In this document: piece after piece, positions 30,161 through 39,061 of the stretch
Position numbering within the stretch: the stretch's first letter is position 1
Layout of the letters: the number at the start of each line of letters is the position of its first letter
Virus record (IMG/VR): IMGVR_UViG_3300045988_184160
Location: 107,260-171,259 of that record
Length of the DNA: 64,000 nucleotides
Strand: one strand, 5' to 3'
Source of the DNA: a virus
Notes under the pieces: model-generated
Databases searched by the model: none
What the model saw: only the letters and a program-made list of their open reading frames with translations
What the model was told of the DNA's origin: nothing
Program-made: the position numbers and the translations under genes

Positions 30161-30550
30161 ATGGAAGCAAAATACGAATCGCGTCTCACGAAAAGCGTCT
30201 TCATTACGAACGTCACCAAGCACAAGAACGGTACCCTAACAGCGTCCCTGCAGCTTGTTATCTACAGCCGAGACGATCACCCCCGTACTGTGGCGACAAT
30301 CAGCTCCCCAACCCTCACAGGGTTTCAGGAGGTTGGTGCTAAAACAGCCCTAGAAGTAGCAGCAGAAAAATACGGTTCACGGGGGACTATTGAGAGGGTT
30401 GTTTCCTGGCTTGAGGACGGCGGGGGAGTGTTCCTCTATAAACTGTACGCGGATATGGTGGTGAACGGCACTGGCGGCAATGAGAGGTATAAAGATTTCT
30501 ATTATGAGGTGAACCGTGCGTTGATTGATGCACTAGAGCTGCTGCCCTAG
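30161..30550 (+). CDS. hypothetical protein, paralog of 17452..17856
   Basis: 129 aa. Shares motifs with 17452..17856 (see that entry). Confidence 0.55.
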   Translation: MEAKYESRLTKSVFITNVTKHKNGTLTASLQLVIYSRDDHPRTVATISSPTLTGFQEVGAKTALEVAAEKYGSRGTIERVVSWLEDGGGVFLYKLYADMVVNGTGGNERYKDFYYEVNRALIDALELLP

Positions 30551-30587
30551 TGTTCTGTTTTGTTCGTTATGGAAAGGATAAATAGTA

Positions 30588-30941
30588 ATGTCTGAGAATA
30601 TTGATGTTAGACCAACATTCCCGTTGAGGGAGTTTGTGTCTCTATATAATCAGGGGACTTTGAAAGTAGAAAAGGATACTAAATCCTTGTCTGATCGTGA
30701 CTCCAATGATCTTCTCCGTATTATTTTTGAGACTGGGGTAGTTCCAACCCCTTTTATTTGCGTCTCTCATGGGCGTGAGGGCTGGGAGCTCATTGCGGGT
30801 TCCGAGGTTTTCAATGCTTTGATTGGTGAGAGGTTCGATCCTTATTGGGCTGAACTAATATCTAGGGGCATTGTGTGTAATGTTGTTGTGCTCCCTAGTT
30901 CTGATCGGGGTTTGTTGAGGTTCTGGGGTTCTGGCTTTTAG
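30588..30941 (+). CDS. hypothetical protein
   Basis: 117-aa ORF with SD GGAAAGGA. Confidence 0.5.
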   Translation: MSENIDVRPTFPLREFVSLYNQGTLKVEKDTKSLSDRDSNDLLRIIFETGVVPTPFICVSHGREGWELIAGSEVFNALIGERFDPYWAELISRGIVCNVVVLPSSDRGLLRFWGSGF

Positions 30942-31244
30942 GACTTTAGGTTTTGGTTGAGAATTTATGCAATATGTTTATTGAGGGTTTTTGTCTGAGA
31001 TTGTTGCGTATTTTTAAAACCATTGCTTTAAACCTTGAAAAATTGTTAGACAAGCCAATACCCTTATGAGGGAAATCACCCCTCAAATAATTTTTACACG
31101 TAAAACAAACATGCTATGCTATGCATGTCTACGGAAGACTATTCACTCAGCGTAAAAACAAAAAACACATAAACCACGCACAAAAACGTGTGAATAGAAA
31201 CGCATGTAGACACGCAAAAACTCTAAATTGTGAGGAAAACAAAC

Positions 31245-34200
31245 ATGCGAAAAACCACACTGCGCAACGCACTCTGCGCAACCACGCTAACTGGGATCAC
31301 CCTGTTCAGCACCATCACATCAACTGTCGTAGCAAACGCGGCACCAACAACTAACCAGTCCGCAGCAGCATACCAGCAGACAAACACCCAAATCCCCCTA
31401 GATGACAGCGCTTTCGAGCAGGCAAAGAAAGATGCTGAGGCACAAGGATTCACTGTCAATGTCACAGAAGACCCGACAGTAACCGAATCCGGCAACCTAG
31501 AGCAGGCAAAGAAAGACGCGCAGGCTAAACTCGATGCCGCGAAGAAAAACATTGAAGATGCGGTAGCCAAGTGGAAGCAGGAAGACGGTGCCGCACAAGC
31601 AGCACACCAAGCAGGCTCCGCAAAGATCAAGGCTGCAGAAGACCGCCTCAAGCAGGCTGTGCAGTCAGCTAAGGACGCGAACCTTGTTGTCACTAGCGGG
31701 GATACCCAGAATATCACCAACTATGATGAGGCTGCTGCCGCAATGATTAAGCAGGCTGAGGCTATCGAAAAAGCCACAGCTGAGAAGGTGAAACTGGACC
31801 AGGCTCGCGCAGCTGCACGTAAGGTTCAACCAAACGCAGGGGCGATGCCAACCTGTAACCCTGTGACCGTTGCGGTTGATCTTGACCTCTCCAACTCGTT
31901 CACAAACGATGAGGTTCGCCAAGAAGCTGAGGCTGCCAAGCGAACCATTCTCACCCTATCCAAGACCGGTGCGAATGTCGTCCTGAACACCTTCGCACTC
32001 ACCTCACCCGTGGACTGGGCTAAGGGTGAAAACCCCTACGGTAGCCACGGCGAGATCAAGCCGATTGTTGCTAACCACCAGACTAAGTTTGACCTATCAA
32101 AACCTGATGAAGTTGCGAAAGCAATGTATTGGCTGGACCATATCACCAAGGGAACTGACGAGAACGGCAACCCAGCTATCAACGTCCCCAAGGAAGGTAA
32201 CTGGGGCGACGTTGTCTCCAATTTCCAAACCGCAGGCACCAACTACGAGGCTGCCCTTAAGGCAAACCGTGAGTTCGCCAAGGCTAACGGTATCCACTTC
32301 ACTAACATTATTCTGATTTCTGATGGCGCACCGACCCACTTCAACGTGAATCCTAAGACCCTGACCGGTGAGCAGGGTAACTTTGACCCAACCTCATGGT
32401 CTTCACGAGATGCATTGGACGCTGCTAAGGTAGTAGCTGATGAGTTCGAGCGTGAAGGTACCGCTGTCATCCCTGTGATGGTTGCTGACCCTGACGCTGA
32501 GGCTTTCGCCACCGGTGGGCAGGACGCACTGATCGCGCAGATGAAGCAAATGGCTAACGTCCGTGACGGTATCGACCCCGAGTCCGTCGGGCTGTTCTTC
32601 TACGCTCGAGACATGGACGAACTGTCCAAGAAAATTGAAGACGGCGTGAATGTCACCTGCGCGACCTTCGAAGCACGTGACATTAAGGTTCCCCCAACAA
32701 CTGTTGATAAGCCTGTCATCAACGTTGCTAAGCCTTCACTCGCGGCTAAGAACATCTCCCCTGATAAGGTTGCAGATAACGAAGGTAAGACCGTCCTCGC
32801 AGGTCAGTCCACCACCCAGCACGTTACCGGACACACCGGTTACCGCACCCTCGATGCTTTCGCTATTGGTGACAGCTACCGTTGGGTGAAGGATGCTGAC
32901 GGCTCGTGGCGTAACCCTGTAGCAACCGACCTGTCGAAGGTGACCGTCACCGACGAAGCAGGGCAGGATGTTACCAGCCTTTTCAAGATCGACCAGGTTG
33001 ATGGTGTCGGGCCTGACGGTGTGAAGGTCCACTCTGTTGTTGCTGAGGCAACCACTGAAGGTCTCGCGCAGCTGAAACTGAACCACAAGTACACTCTGCA
33101 TGTCACCGCAACCGCGCTGGATGACGGTCACGTGGATGAGCAGGTGGACTACGGTTTCTCCATTGTGAACGACAACTTTGTGTACACCACCGACCACTCG
33201 TACCGCGAGTACATTCCGATGCCGCGTAAGACTGTGAACACCTCTGATGGTGTTGATGCTAGCGGTAAGACTATGCTGCCCGGTCAGGCTCTCACCTATA
33301 AGATTGAGTTGGATGCTGACAAGTTCACCCCGAAGGATCTGGCTGAGAAGCTTGAGTCCCTGGGTGCTGAGGATGAGTACGATCATAACTACTTCACCCC
33401 GGACGGTAGCTACCGCGTGACCGCATCTGATGGTACTGATGTGACTAGCGATTTTGAGTTCAACGCGGATGAGAACGGTAAGGCTACTTTGAAGGCTAAA
33501 GCTGACCGTGTTGAGGCTCTGACTGCTATGGGCACTGATTTCACTTGGGAGCTTCCTGGTGTGGTGAAGAACGACGCTAAACCGGGTGAGTTCTCCAACA
33601 CTGCCGCGCAGCTGACTAACGGGCACCGTGTGCAGACTAACACTGTGAAGAACGTTGTTCCGAAGGTTGAGCCGCACAAGTTCGATCTATCCCCTGTGGA
33701 CGGTAGCAACATCAACGGCAAGTCCGTTGTTGTGGGTGACACCCTGAACTACGCTCTCGTGGGTGACGCATCGAACCTGAACAACACCGCGTACAATGTT
33801 TCTAAGTTCGGTCACCGTGACGACTACGATCAGGAGCATGTCGCTATCCAGAAGGATGCGGTGAAGGTATTCAAGGTGCCTGGTAACACTGACACTTCCA
33901 ACGTGAACACTCTCCACAAGCTCGCAACCGCTGGTGAGGACGTGACCGACCAGTTCGACATGAACGACGACGGGGACAACTTCACCCTGACGATGAAGAC
34001 CACCGAGAAGGACGGGAAGCAGGTTCTTGTTGGCGAGATGGGTGTGAAGTACATCTACTTCCTGCCTGCTAAGGTCATCAAGAACACCAACGCGGACATC
34101 CCGAACACCTCATGGCAGATCGTGAACAACGACGAGCACGTCACGGAGACCGTGGTTAACCCGCTCAAGAAGATTGAGCCTTCGAAGGACATTGTTGTTG

Positions 34201-34958
34201 ACCATGAGCACGCTAAGGACTCTCTGAACGGTAAGACCATTGAGCTGGGCGCGACCTTCAACTACAAGCTGAACTCTTCGACCCTCCCGTCGAACCGCGC
34301 ATCTGATGCAACCTCATGGTCCATCACCGACAAGTACGACGTGAAACACGACCAGTACGAGGGTAACTTCGAGGTGTTCTCACGCGCCCCGATCTTCGGT
34401 GAGAACGGTGAGAAGATCGTCGATACTGACGGTAACATCACCAAGTACTTTACCCAGGAGATCGACGCTAAGAACGGCACCGTGAAGTATGTTGCTTCTG
34501 AGGATTTCTTGAAGCTCATGAACCTTGACGCGAACAAGAAGCAGGATCAGGGTTTCACTGTTTACATGCAAGCTACCCGCATCGCTGACGGTGAGAAGAT
34601 TGAGAACACCTTCGTGGAGAACTTCAACGGTAACGACCTCGTATCCAACACTGTTGTGACTAACACCCCGAAGCCTCCCGCCCCGCAGGAAGACAACCCT
34701 CCTGCCGAGCCGACACCGGAGCCTACTCCCCCACCAGCCCCGAGCACCCCGCCTGCACCTACCCCCGCACCGAATGATCCTCCTCAGCCTAATAAGCAGG
34801 AGTGGCACACCGGTGAGGGTGGCAATAGTGGCGTGACCTTCGGTTACGGACTGCTCGCGGCTGGTTCGGCTACTGCGGTCACTGTGCTGAGTGTTTCGAC
34901 TGCTAAGGCGCGTCGTAAGCGTAAGGCTGCTGATGTTTCGGTGTCTTCCGGTGAGTAG
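31245..34958 (+). CDS. cell-surface adhesin: vWA domain, four Ig-like repeats, Pro-rich stalk, atypical sorting signal
   Basis: Signal peptide, a duplicated EQAKKDA segment, MIDAS VAVDLDLSNSF and ILISDGAPT. Four repeats carry GK(T/S)...G....Y. The protein ends in PAP-rich stalk, EWHTGEGG, a hydrophobic stretch and KARRKRK. Confidence 0.85.
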   Translation: MRKTTLRNALCATTLTGITLFSTITSTVVANAAPTTNQSAAAYQQTNTQIPLDDSAFEQAKKDAEAQGFTVNVTEDPTVTESGNLEQAKKDAQAKLDAAKKNIEDAVAKWKQEDGAAQAAHQAGSAKIKAAEDRLKQAVQSAKDANLVVTSGDTQNITNYDEAAAAMIKQAEAIEKATAEKVKLDQARAAARKVQPNAGAMPTCNPVTVAVDLDLSNSFTNDEVRQEAEAAKRTILTLSKTGANVVLNTFALTSPVDWAKGENPYGSHGEIKPIVANHQTKFDLSKPDEVAKAMYWLDHITKGTDENGNPAINVPKEGNWGDVVSNFQTAGTNYEAALKANREFAKANGIHFTNIILISDGAPTHFNVNPKTLTGEQGNFDPTSWSSRDALDAAKVVADEFEREGTAVIPVMVADPDAEAFATGGQDALIAQMKQMANVRDGIDPESVGLFFYARDMDELSKKIEDGVNVTCATFEARDIKVPPTTVDKPVINVAKPSLAAKNISPDKVADNEGKTVLAGQSTTQHVTGHTGYRTLDAFAIGDSYRWVKDADGSWRNPVATDLSKVTVTDEAGQDVTSLFKIDQVDGVGPDGVKVHSVVAEATTEGLAQLKLNHKYTLHVTATALDDGHVDEQVDYGFSIVNDNFVYTTDHSYREYIPMPRKTVNTSDGVDASGKTMLPGQALTYKIELDADKFTPKDLAEKLESLGAEDEYDHNYFTPDGSYRVTASDGTDVTSDFEFNADENGKATLKAKADRVEALTAMGTDFTWELPGVVKNDAKPGEFSNTAAQLTNGHRVQTNTVKNVVPKVEPHKFDLSPVDGSNINGKSVVVGDTLNYALVGDASNLNNTAYNVSKFGHRDDYDQEHVAIQKDAVKVFKVPGNTDTSNVNTLHKLATAGEDVTDQFDMNDDGDNFTLTMKTTEKDGKQVLVGEMGVKYIYFLPAKVIKNTNADIPNTSWQIVNNDEHVTETVVNPLKKIEPSKDIVVDHEHAKDSLNGKTIELGATFNYKLNSSTLPSNRASDATSWSITDKYDVKHDQYEGNFEVFSRAPIFGENGEKIVDTDGNITKYFTQEIDAKNGTVKYVASEDFLKLMNLDANKKQDQGFTVYMQATRIADGEKIENTFVENFNGNDLVSNTVVTNTPKPPAPQEDNPPAEPTPEPTPPPAPSTPPAPTPAPNDPPQPNKQEWHTGEGGNSGVTFGYGLLAAGSATAVTVLSVSTAKARRKRKAADVSVSSGE

Positions 34959-35021
34959 TTTATTCACTGGTGTGACCCGCAGGGTTTCCTGCTAGTGCTG
35001 ATGTGAGCTAGTATGGAAATG

Positions 35022-35069
35022 GTGACGCCCCACATGCATCAACCCAACGTAGGGCATGTGGGGCGTCAC
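35022..35069 (+). terminator. 16-bp perfect hairpin after the adhesin gene (no U-tract)
   Basis: GTGACGCCCCACATGC / GCATGTGGGGCGTCAC with a 16-nt loop. Confidence 0.5.
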
Positions 35070-35086
35070 TAACTCACAATGGAGTG

Positions 35087-35232
35087 CGGGGCGAGAATAG
35101 GCTGTTTCTGCTATCTTTTTCTTGTAGCAATCTACCCACCCAGTTCATGGAGGAGAATATTTGTGTGTTTCTCTCTCTTGTTCTGGTGCTACAAGGTTGA
35201 GTGGTAGCGGGCGTGGCTTTATTCTCGCCCCG
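35087..35232. repeat. nested inverted repeats in the adhesin-sortase spacer
   Basis: Outer 13-bp arms CGGGGCGAGAATA (35087-35099) / TATTCTCGCCCCG (35220-35232). Inner 9-bp arms CTTGTAGCA (35121-35129) / TGCTACAAG (35187-35195). Confidence 0.55.
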
Positions 35233-35289
35233 TTATTATTATTTATATCATGTGGAGCCTCTGGTTGTGGGTGAAGGTTCCCTTATTGT

Positions 35290-36150
35290 TTGTGTGGAAG
35301 GATTATTGTTTTGGGTTCTGACGTGCGTGTTTCCCCCGTGTTATCGGGGTTCCGACGGGTTGGGTGGTTGAAGTTTTTCCTGATCCTGTTGGGCGTGTCG
35401 CTTGCTGGTGGTGCCGTATGGTTATTCACTGCGGGGGGTGCTAAAGTCACTAGGGATGGTGTCACGGTCCCCGAGTCCACGATCTACAAGGTACTCCCAC
35501 CAGACGGTGTACACCCCTACACGCGCCCAGACGGGCATAAAGTGTGGGACAGGACCAGTGAAGGGAAAATGAGCGTCTGGGACGGCTCAGACCGCCTCTA
35601 CGCACCCGACCTGCCAGAAGCCATACACGCAACCTGCGACACCACACCCAAAAACGAAACCACCACCACACCAAACACCTGGGCAATACCCCAACTCAAC
35701 CAAACCGCGAAAGTAACCACCAGCGGACACAACGGGCAACTCATCGAACTACCCTTCAACAACGCTGGTGACGGGACCATGTACGCAGACGGAGCGAAAC
35801 TCGGTGCGACACAAGGGGCGATACTGGAAGGCGGGCACGTCAACAAAGCACCCGACCTGTCCCTATCACCCTGGGGGTACCTGCACAAACTCAAAGGCTG
35901 CGAACACATCTACCAAGCAGACGCGACAGGTAAAACCCACGAGTACGTAGTGACCGACGTGTGGACCGTGCCCCACGAGAAACTAGTAGACACCGAAGTC
36001 TACCGGACGGACGGGGAACCAGCACTGTACATGGTGACCTGCTCAGGCCCGCGCGTAGGTGATAGCGGTGAAACAGCTGATGGTGGAACCGCTAGTCTGG
36101 GGTTTTATCAGGATAACCTGATTGTGAAGGCTGTACCCGTATTGCGGTAG
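35290..36150 (+). CDS. sortase (class F/E-like)
   Basis: TM anchor WLKFFLILLGVSLAGGAVWLF, His motif ILEGGHVN, Cys motif ALYMVTCSG and C-terminal NLIVKAVP. The exact start (TTG/GTG) is uncertain. Confidence 0.75.
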   Translation: MCGRIIVLGSDVRVSPVLSGFRRVGWLKFFLILLGVSLAGGAVWLFTAGGAKVTRDGVTVPESTIYKVLPPDGVHPYTRPDGHKVWDRTSEGKMSVWDGSDRLYAPDLPEAIHATCDTTPKNETTTTPNTWAIPQLNQTAKVTTSGHNGQLIELPFNNAGDGTMYADGAKLGATQGAILEGGHVNKAPDLSLSPWGYLHKLKGCEHIYQADATGKTHEYVVTDVWTVPHEKLVDTEVYRTDGEPALYMVTCSGPRVGDSGETADGGTASLGFYQDNLIVKAVPVLR

Positions 36151-36253
36151 CATGTTTTTATAGTGTGGGGCTGGGTTTTATTCTCAATGGGTGTGCATGT
36201 TCTAATAGGGGTAGAAGATACGCCCACCCTAGAAAGGAATGATTAGAGTATGA

Positions 36254-37774
36254 CTATTCCTTGGGGTAAACCACATCTACTGTATTCTTAGTAGTCTGGG
36301 TATCCGCTGGATTTGTCGTGCCGCTGTTTGTCTGAAACCATTTCATGTGGTCCACCGCAGAAACCCTAATGTCTGCGGGGCACATCCTTACGCTCACCTC
36401 CCTCCTAGGGGCAGGGGTGCGGGTCTTTTTCTGGTTTTGTGGAGCCTTAGGTGTGGGGCGGTTCTTCGTACCAGGGTGTTTCAGAGGCTTCACGTGGCAC
36501 TTTGATCTTCTAATACGTTTGGTCTTTGTTGCGTGTCGTTTCCTGGTTTGGCATGCCTTGGAGTGGTTTGCTTTTTGGGCGATGTTCGCGGCGGCGTTGA
36601 TGTCTCGGTGGTGTGTGATGTTGCATGAGTTGCACACGGGGTTACGGTAGTCGCTTGTGTCAAGTTTTGTCTGGCAGATATAGCATCTTTGGGAAGTGTA
36701 TGCTGCTTTGACCTTCAGAACCCTTCCGCCGTCGGACTCAAGCATGTCACGTGTACGCCTGTACACCTCACCTCTGAACCATCTACCGAACTTCATGGTG
36801 TTACTAATGTGGGAGAGGTCTTCGAAGACCACTAGAGCATTGCCGTATCTCCAAGCTGTGTCCGCAATCTCTTGGGCAATAAGTATGCTCAGCTCCTTAC
36901 GCCGGTTTGACAGGTGCTCTCTGTGAGGAACAGCTTCATCGTCCCTACCCTGCCGTTTCAAGGACGCGATCTGGGTCTGTGTCCTCTTGATTTTATTATG
37001 TAGAGAACGTACCCTCTGACCGAGGATAGACTGCTCAACAATCTCTTCCTTGGTGCTGTCCCAGACCACATAGGTTGCTGGGGTAGTAACTCCAACATCC
37101 ACACCAATAATGTATCTGGGTGAGAACTCTGGGCGGGCAGGATCCACTGTGCCGTGAAACCCGAAAACTACTCGGTCCTGACTGTCAATCCAGATATCTG
37201 GAACACCAAGTCTAACTCCCTCTTCCAGGAGTTGAGGTGGTGTCGGGAAATATAGTGTCACCCACTGCCCCTGGACGACCATTTCAAGAACGATACGCTC
37301 ACCAGTGAAACTTATACGCCTGTAATACTTGTCCGCAGCTGATAACGCGAGTCGTGGTTGCAGCATCTTTGGTTGCGAGCCCCTGACTGTCCTCTTCCAT
37401 CCGGCAGAGACGTAACCACTATGAGTTTGGTTAGTGACACTAACCCTAGACGCCCAGGAACGCAGAGCACTTACAGCCCGCTCCTGAAACATCTTCTCCA
37501 ACCGTGAGGCACCGCTTTTAAACCGTTTCTTCACATCCTCAGGGAGGAACAGCCCCATTCTACGCCCCGCCTCAGCAGGCTTGTACCTGTCAAAACTGGA
37601 CACTAGGGCGAGGTTCCGCTCAGTCATCTCCTTCAGAGCGTAGCGGGTAACTAATTCAGCATCTTTCTTAATGTCATCCAAAACCTTACCCAGATCCAGA
37701 GACTCACCGTTCTTACCGAAAGCAGCATGCGGCACCCTCGGATATGTGCGAGACACTACTGATCTGGGTGGCAC
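36254..37774 (-). CDS. long TnpB-like / Cas12-like RuvC nuclease (506 aa) with a basic C-terminal extension
   Basis: RuvC-I YIIGVDVGV, RuvC-II ALVVFEDLS, zinc finger CYICQ...CNSC, RuvC-III HHRDINAAANIA. GTG start after SD AAGGGGAGGGAG. About 100 aa of K/R/P/T-rich tail. Confidence 0.8.
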   Translation of the reverse strand: MPPRSVVSRTYPRVPHAAFGKNGESLDLGKVLDDIKKDAELVTRYALKEMTERNLALVSSFDRYKPAEAGRRMGLFLPEDVKKRFKSGASRLEKMFQERAVSALRSWASRVSVTNQTHSGYVSAGWKRTVRGSQPKMLQPRLALSAADKYYRRISFTGERIVLEMVVQGQWVTLYFPTPPQLLEEGVRLGVPDIWIDSQDRVVFGFHGTVDPARPEFSPRYIIGVDVGVTTPATYVVWDSTKEEIVEQSILGQRVRSLHNKIKRTQTQIASLKRQGRDDEAVPHREHLSNRRKELSILIAQEIADTAWRYGNALVVFEDLSHISNTMKFGRWFRGEVYRRTRDMLESDGGRVLKVKAAYTSQRCYICQTKLDTSDYRNPVCNSCNITHHRDINAAANIAQKANHSKACQTRKRHATKTKRIRRSKCHVKPLKHPGTKNRPTPKAPQNQKKTRTPAPRREVSVRMCPADIRVSAVDHMKWFQTNSGTTNPADTQTTKNTVDVVYPKE

Positions 37775-37801
37775 CTAGTGAGTCTCCCTCCCCTTAACGA
37801 T

Positions 37802-37829
37802 TTGACTGATAATGGTATGCATGTATTAT
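37802..37829 (+). promoter_or_regulatory. near-consensus sigma-A type promoter
   Basis: TTGACT (37802-37807), a 16-nt spacer, then TATTAT (37824-37829). Confidence 0.45.
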
Positions 37830-37935
37830 AGCGCAAAACAGACAAGGGAACACCAACACAAACAGGGTAGCGTAATAATAATTGGTTACAGTGGTATAGA
37901 CTTCTAGTTAGAGTTTTTCTTACTTCAGTGAGGTT

Positions 37936-37979
37936 GCGCGCCCCTGCCGTGTTGGGTGGGGGTGCGCTTCTTTTTTGCT
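37936..37979 (+). terminator. intrinsic terminator with U-tract
   Basis: GCGCGCCCC / GGGGTGCGC (9 bp, one G-U pair) followed by TTCTTTTTTG. Confidence 0.6.
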
Positions 37980-38130
37980 GTTTTGTGTGGTGGACTGGGT
38001 ACGTGCTCAAGGTATGATAAGGGTGTTTACGTAATATTTTGGATATTTAGGTAAGAATATGGCATACTGTAAAAAGTCCACGCGGACAACAAGCACCATA
38101 CGCACAAAACGTTGAAAAGGAAACACGACC

Positions 38131-39045
38131 ATGCTCGCAACACTCACTTGGTGGGGGATCGGGATTATCCTATCCGTAGCTACCATCACCTTACTCATTA
38201 ATCTGAATATTATAAAAAGAGCGCTTCCTGGGGCGACATCTCCTGTCGCTCTATACAAATCTATTAGAGCCGCTAGCAATCTTATCCCCACCCTCGCATT
38301 TATTGGGTTTAATATATATGCGATTGTTTTATTGGGAGCGCGAGTAGTCATTATTGCGCCAGTAAGCATAATGGCAGCAATAGTTCTGTTCTTTTTCTCG
38401 ACATTCACAAGCGATATAGAAGAACTCTGTGCGGTTAAAGAGGAGCCTGATAGTACTGCCTCAGCTTTGAGTCCCAGTATTGTATTAACTGCAACATATG
38501 TAATTGCAATATTTATCATTTTTAATCTATTTACTCTACCATTACCTTACTCAAGCGTAGGGCACGAAGAAACATATACTACTGTTACTGAAAAATCATC
38601 TAAGAACACCCTAGTACGCTCTAAACTTATTGAGCAGAACACCCAGCACACAGAAGCAGATGGTGAAACGTTCCTTGGTGCTGGTTCGTTCACGATGCGC
38701 TCTGATAGTGATTTGAAGATCTACCATGTGTGGCAGGAGCGTGACGCATCCGGTGTGCTCCACGTGAACACCGCGCAGGATGGTGAAGGTAAGGATGAGA
38801 AGAAACGAGACAAAGCCGTCATCAAAGACGATGTGCCCAAAGGCACCGAACCATACGTTGAGCGTATCCCCGTCTACGAAACAGACCCGCTGTTCGTCCA
38901 AGAAAACAACGGGAAGCTCTGCGTCGAAAACCAAGACACCAACTGCCGCGTAAACGCGAAGCATCTTTACGACAAGGTTATTATTCACGTACCTGCAGGC
39001 TCCGTCGTACCAAGCGTAGACCCGAACCTGCCTGTAGCTAAATAG
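38131..39045 (+). CDS. membrane protein, function unknown
   Basis: 304 aa with four or five N-terminal TM helices and a soluble C-terminal half. Lower GC than its neighbours. Confidence 0.55.
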   Translation: MLATLTWWGIGIILSVATITLLINLNIIKRALPGATSPVALYKSIRAASNLIPTLAFIGFNIYAIVLLGARVVIIAPVSIMAAIVLFFFSTFTSDIEELCAVKEEPDSTASALSPSIVLTATYVIAIFIIFNLFTLPLPYSSVGHEETYTTVTEKSSKNTLVRSKLIEQNTQHTEADGETFLGAGSFTMRSDSDLKIYHVWQERDASGVLHVNTAQDGEGKDEKKRDKAVIKDDVPKGTEPYVERIPVYETDPLFVQENNGKLCVENQDTNCRVNAKHLYDKVIIHVPAGSVVPSVDPNLPVAK

Positions 39046-39061
39046 TAGAGAAGAGAGAATA

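Noticed and set aside
30588-30941. Weak resemblance of the 117-aa protein to the N-terminal ParB/DUF262 fold (LLRIIFETGVVPTPFI...GWELIAGSEVFNAL).
   Set aside because: The diagnostic DGQQR motif is replaced by AGSEV and the protein is much shorter than DUF262 proteins. The evidence is too thin to call without a profile search.
32736-34967. Long minus-strand ORFs (32736..33677 and 34380..34967) inside the adhesin gene.
   Set aside because: They are shadow ORFs of a strongly supported 1.2-kaa plus-strand gene. Their products are V/R/H/L-rich with no start context.
35283-35480. A+C-rich 65-aa minus-strand ORF antisense to the G+T-rich 5' end of the sortase gene.
   Set aside because: The G+T richness is explained by the sortase TM anchor (L/V/F/G/W codons), and the antisense product is low complexity.
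36166-36190. A third copy (GGGTTTTATTCTC) of the GAGAATA-containing arm seen at 35087-35099 and 35220-35232, which would bracket the sortase gene.
   Set aside because: Only about 12 of 13 positions match, with an indel, and the shared core is 7-8 nt. This is compatible with chance.
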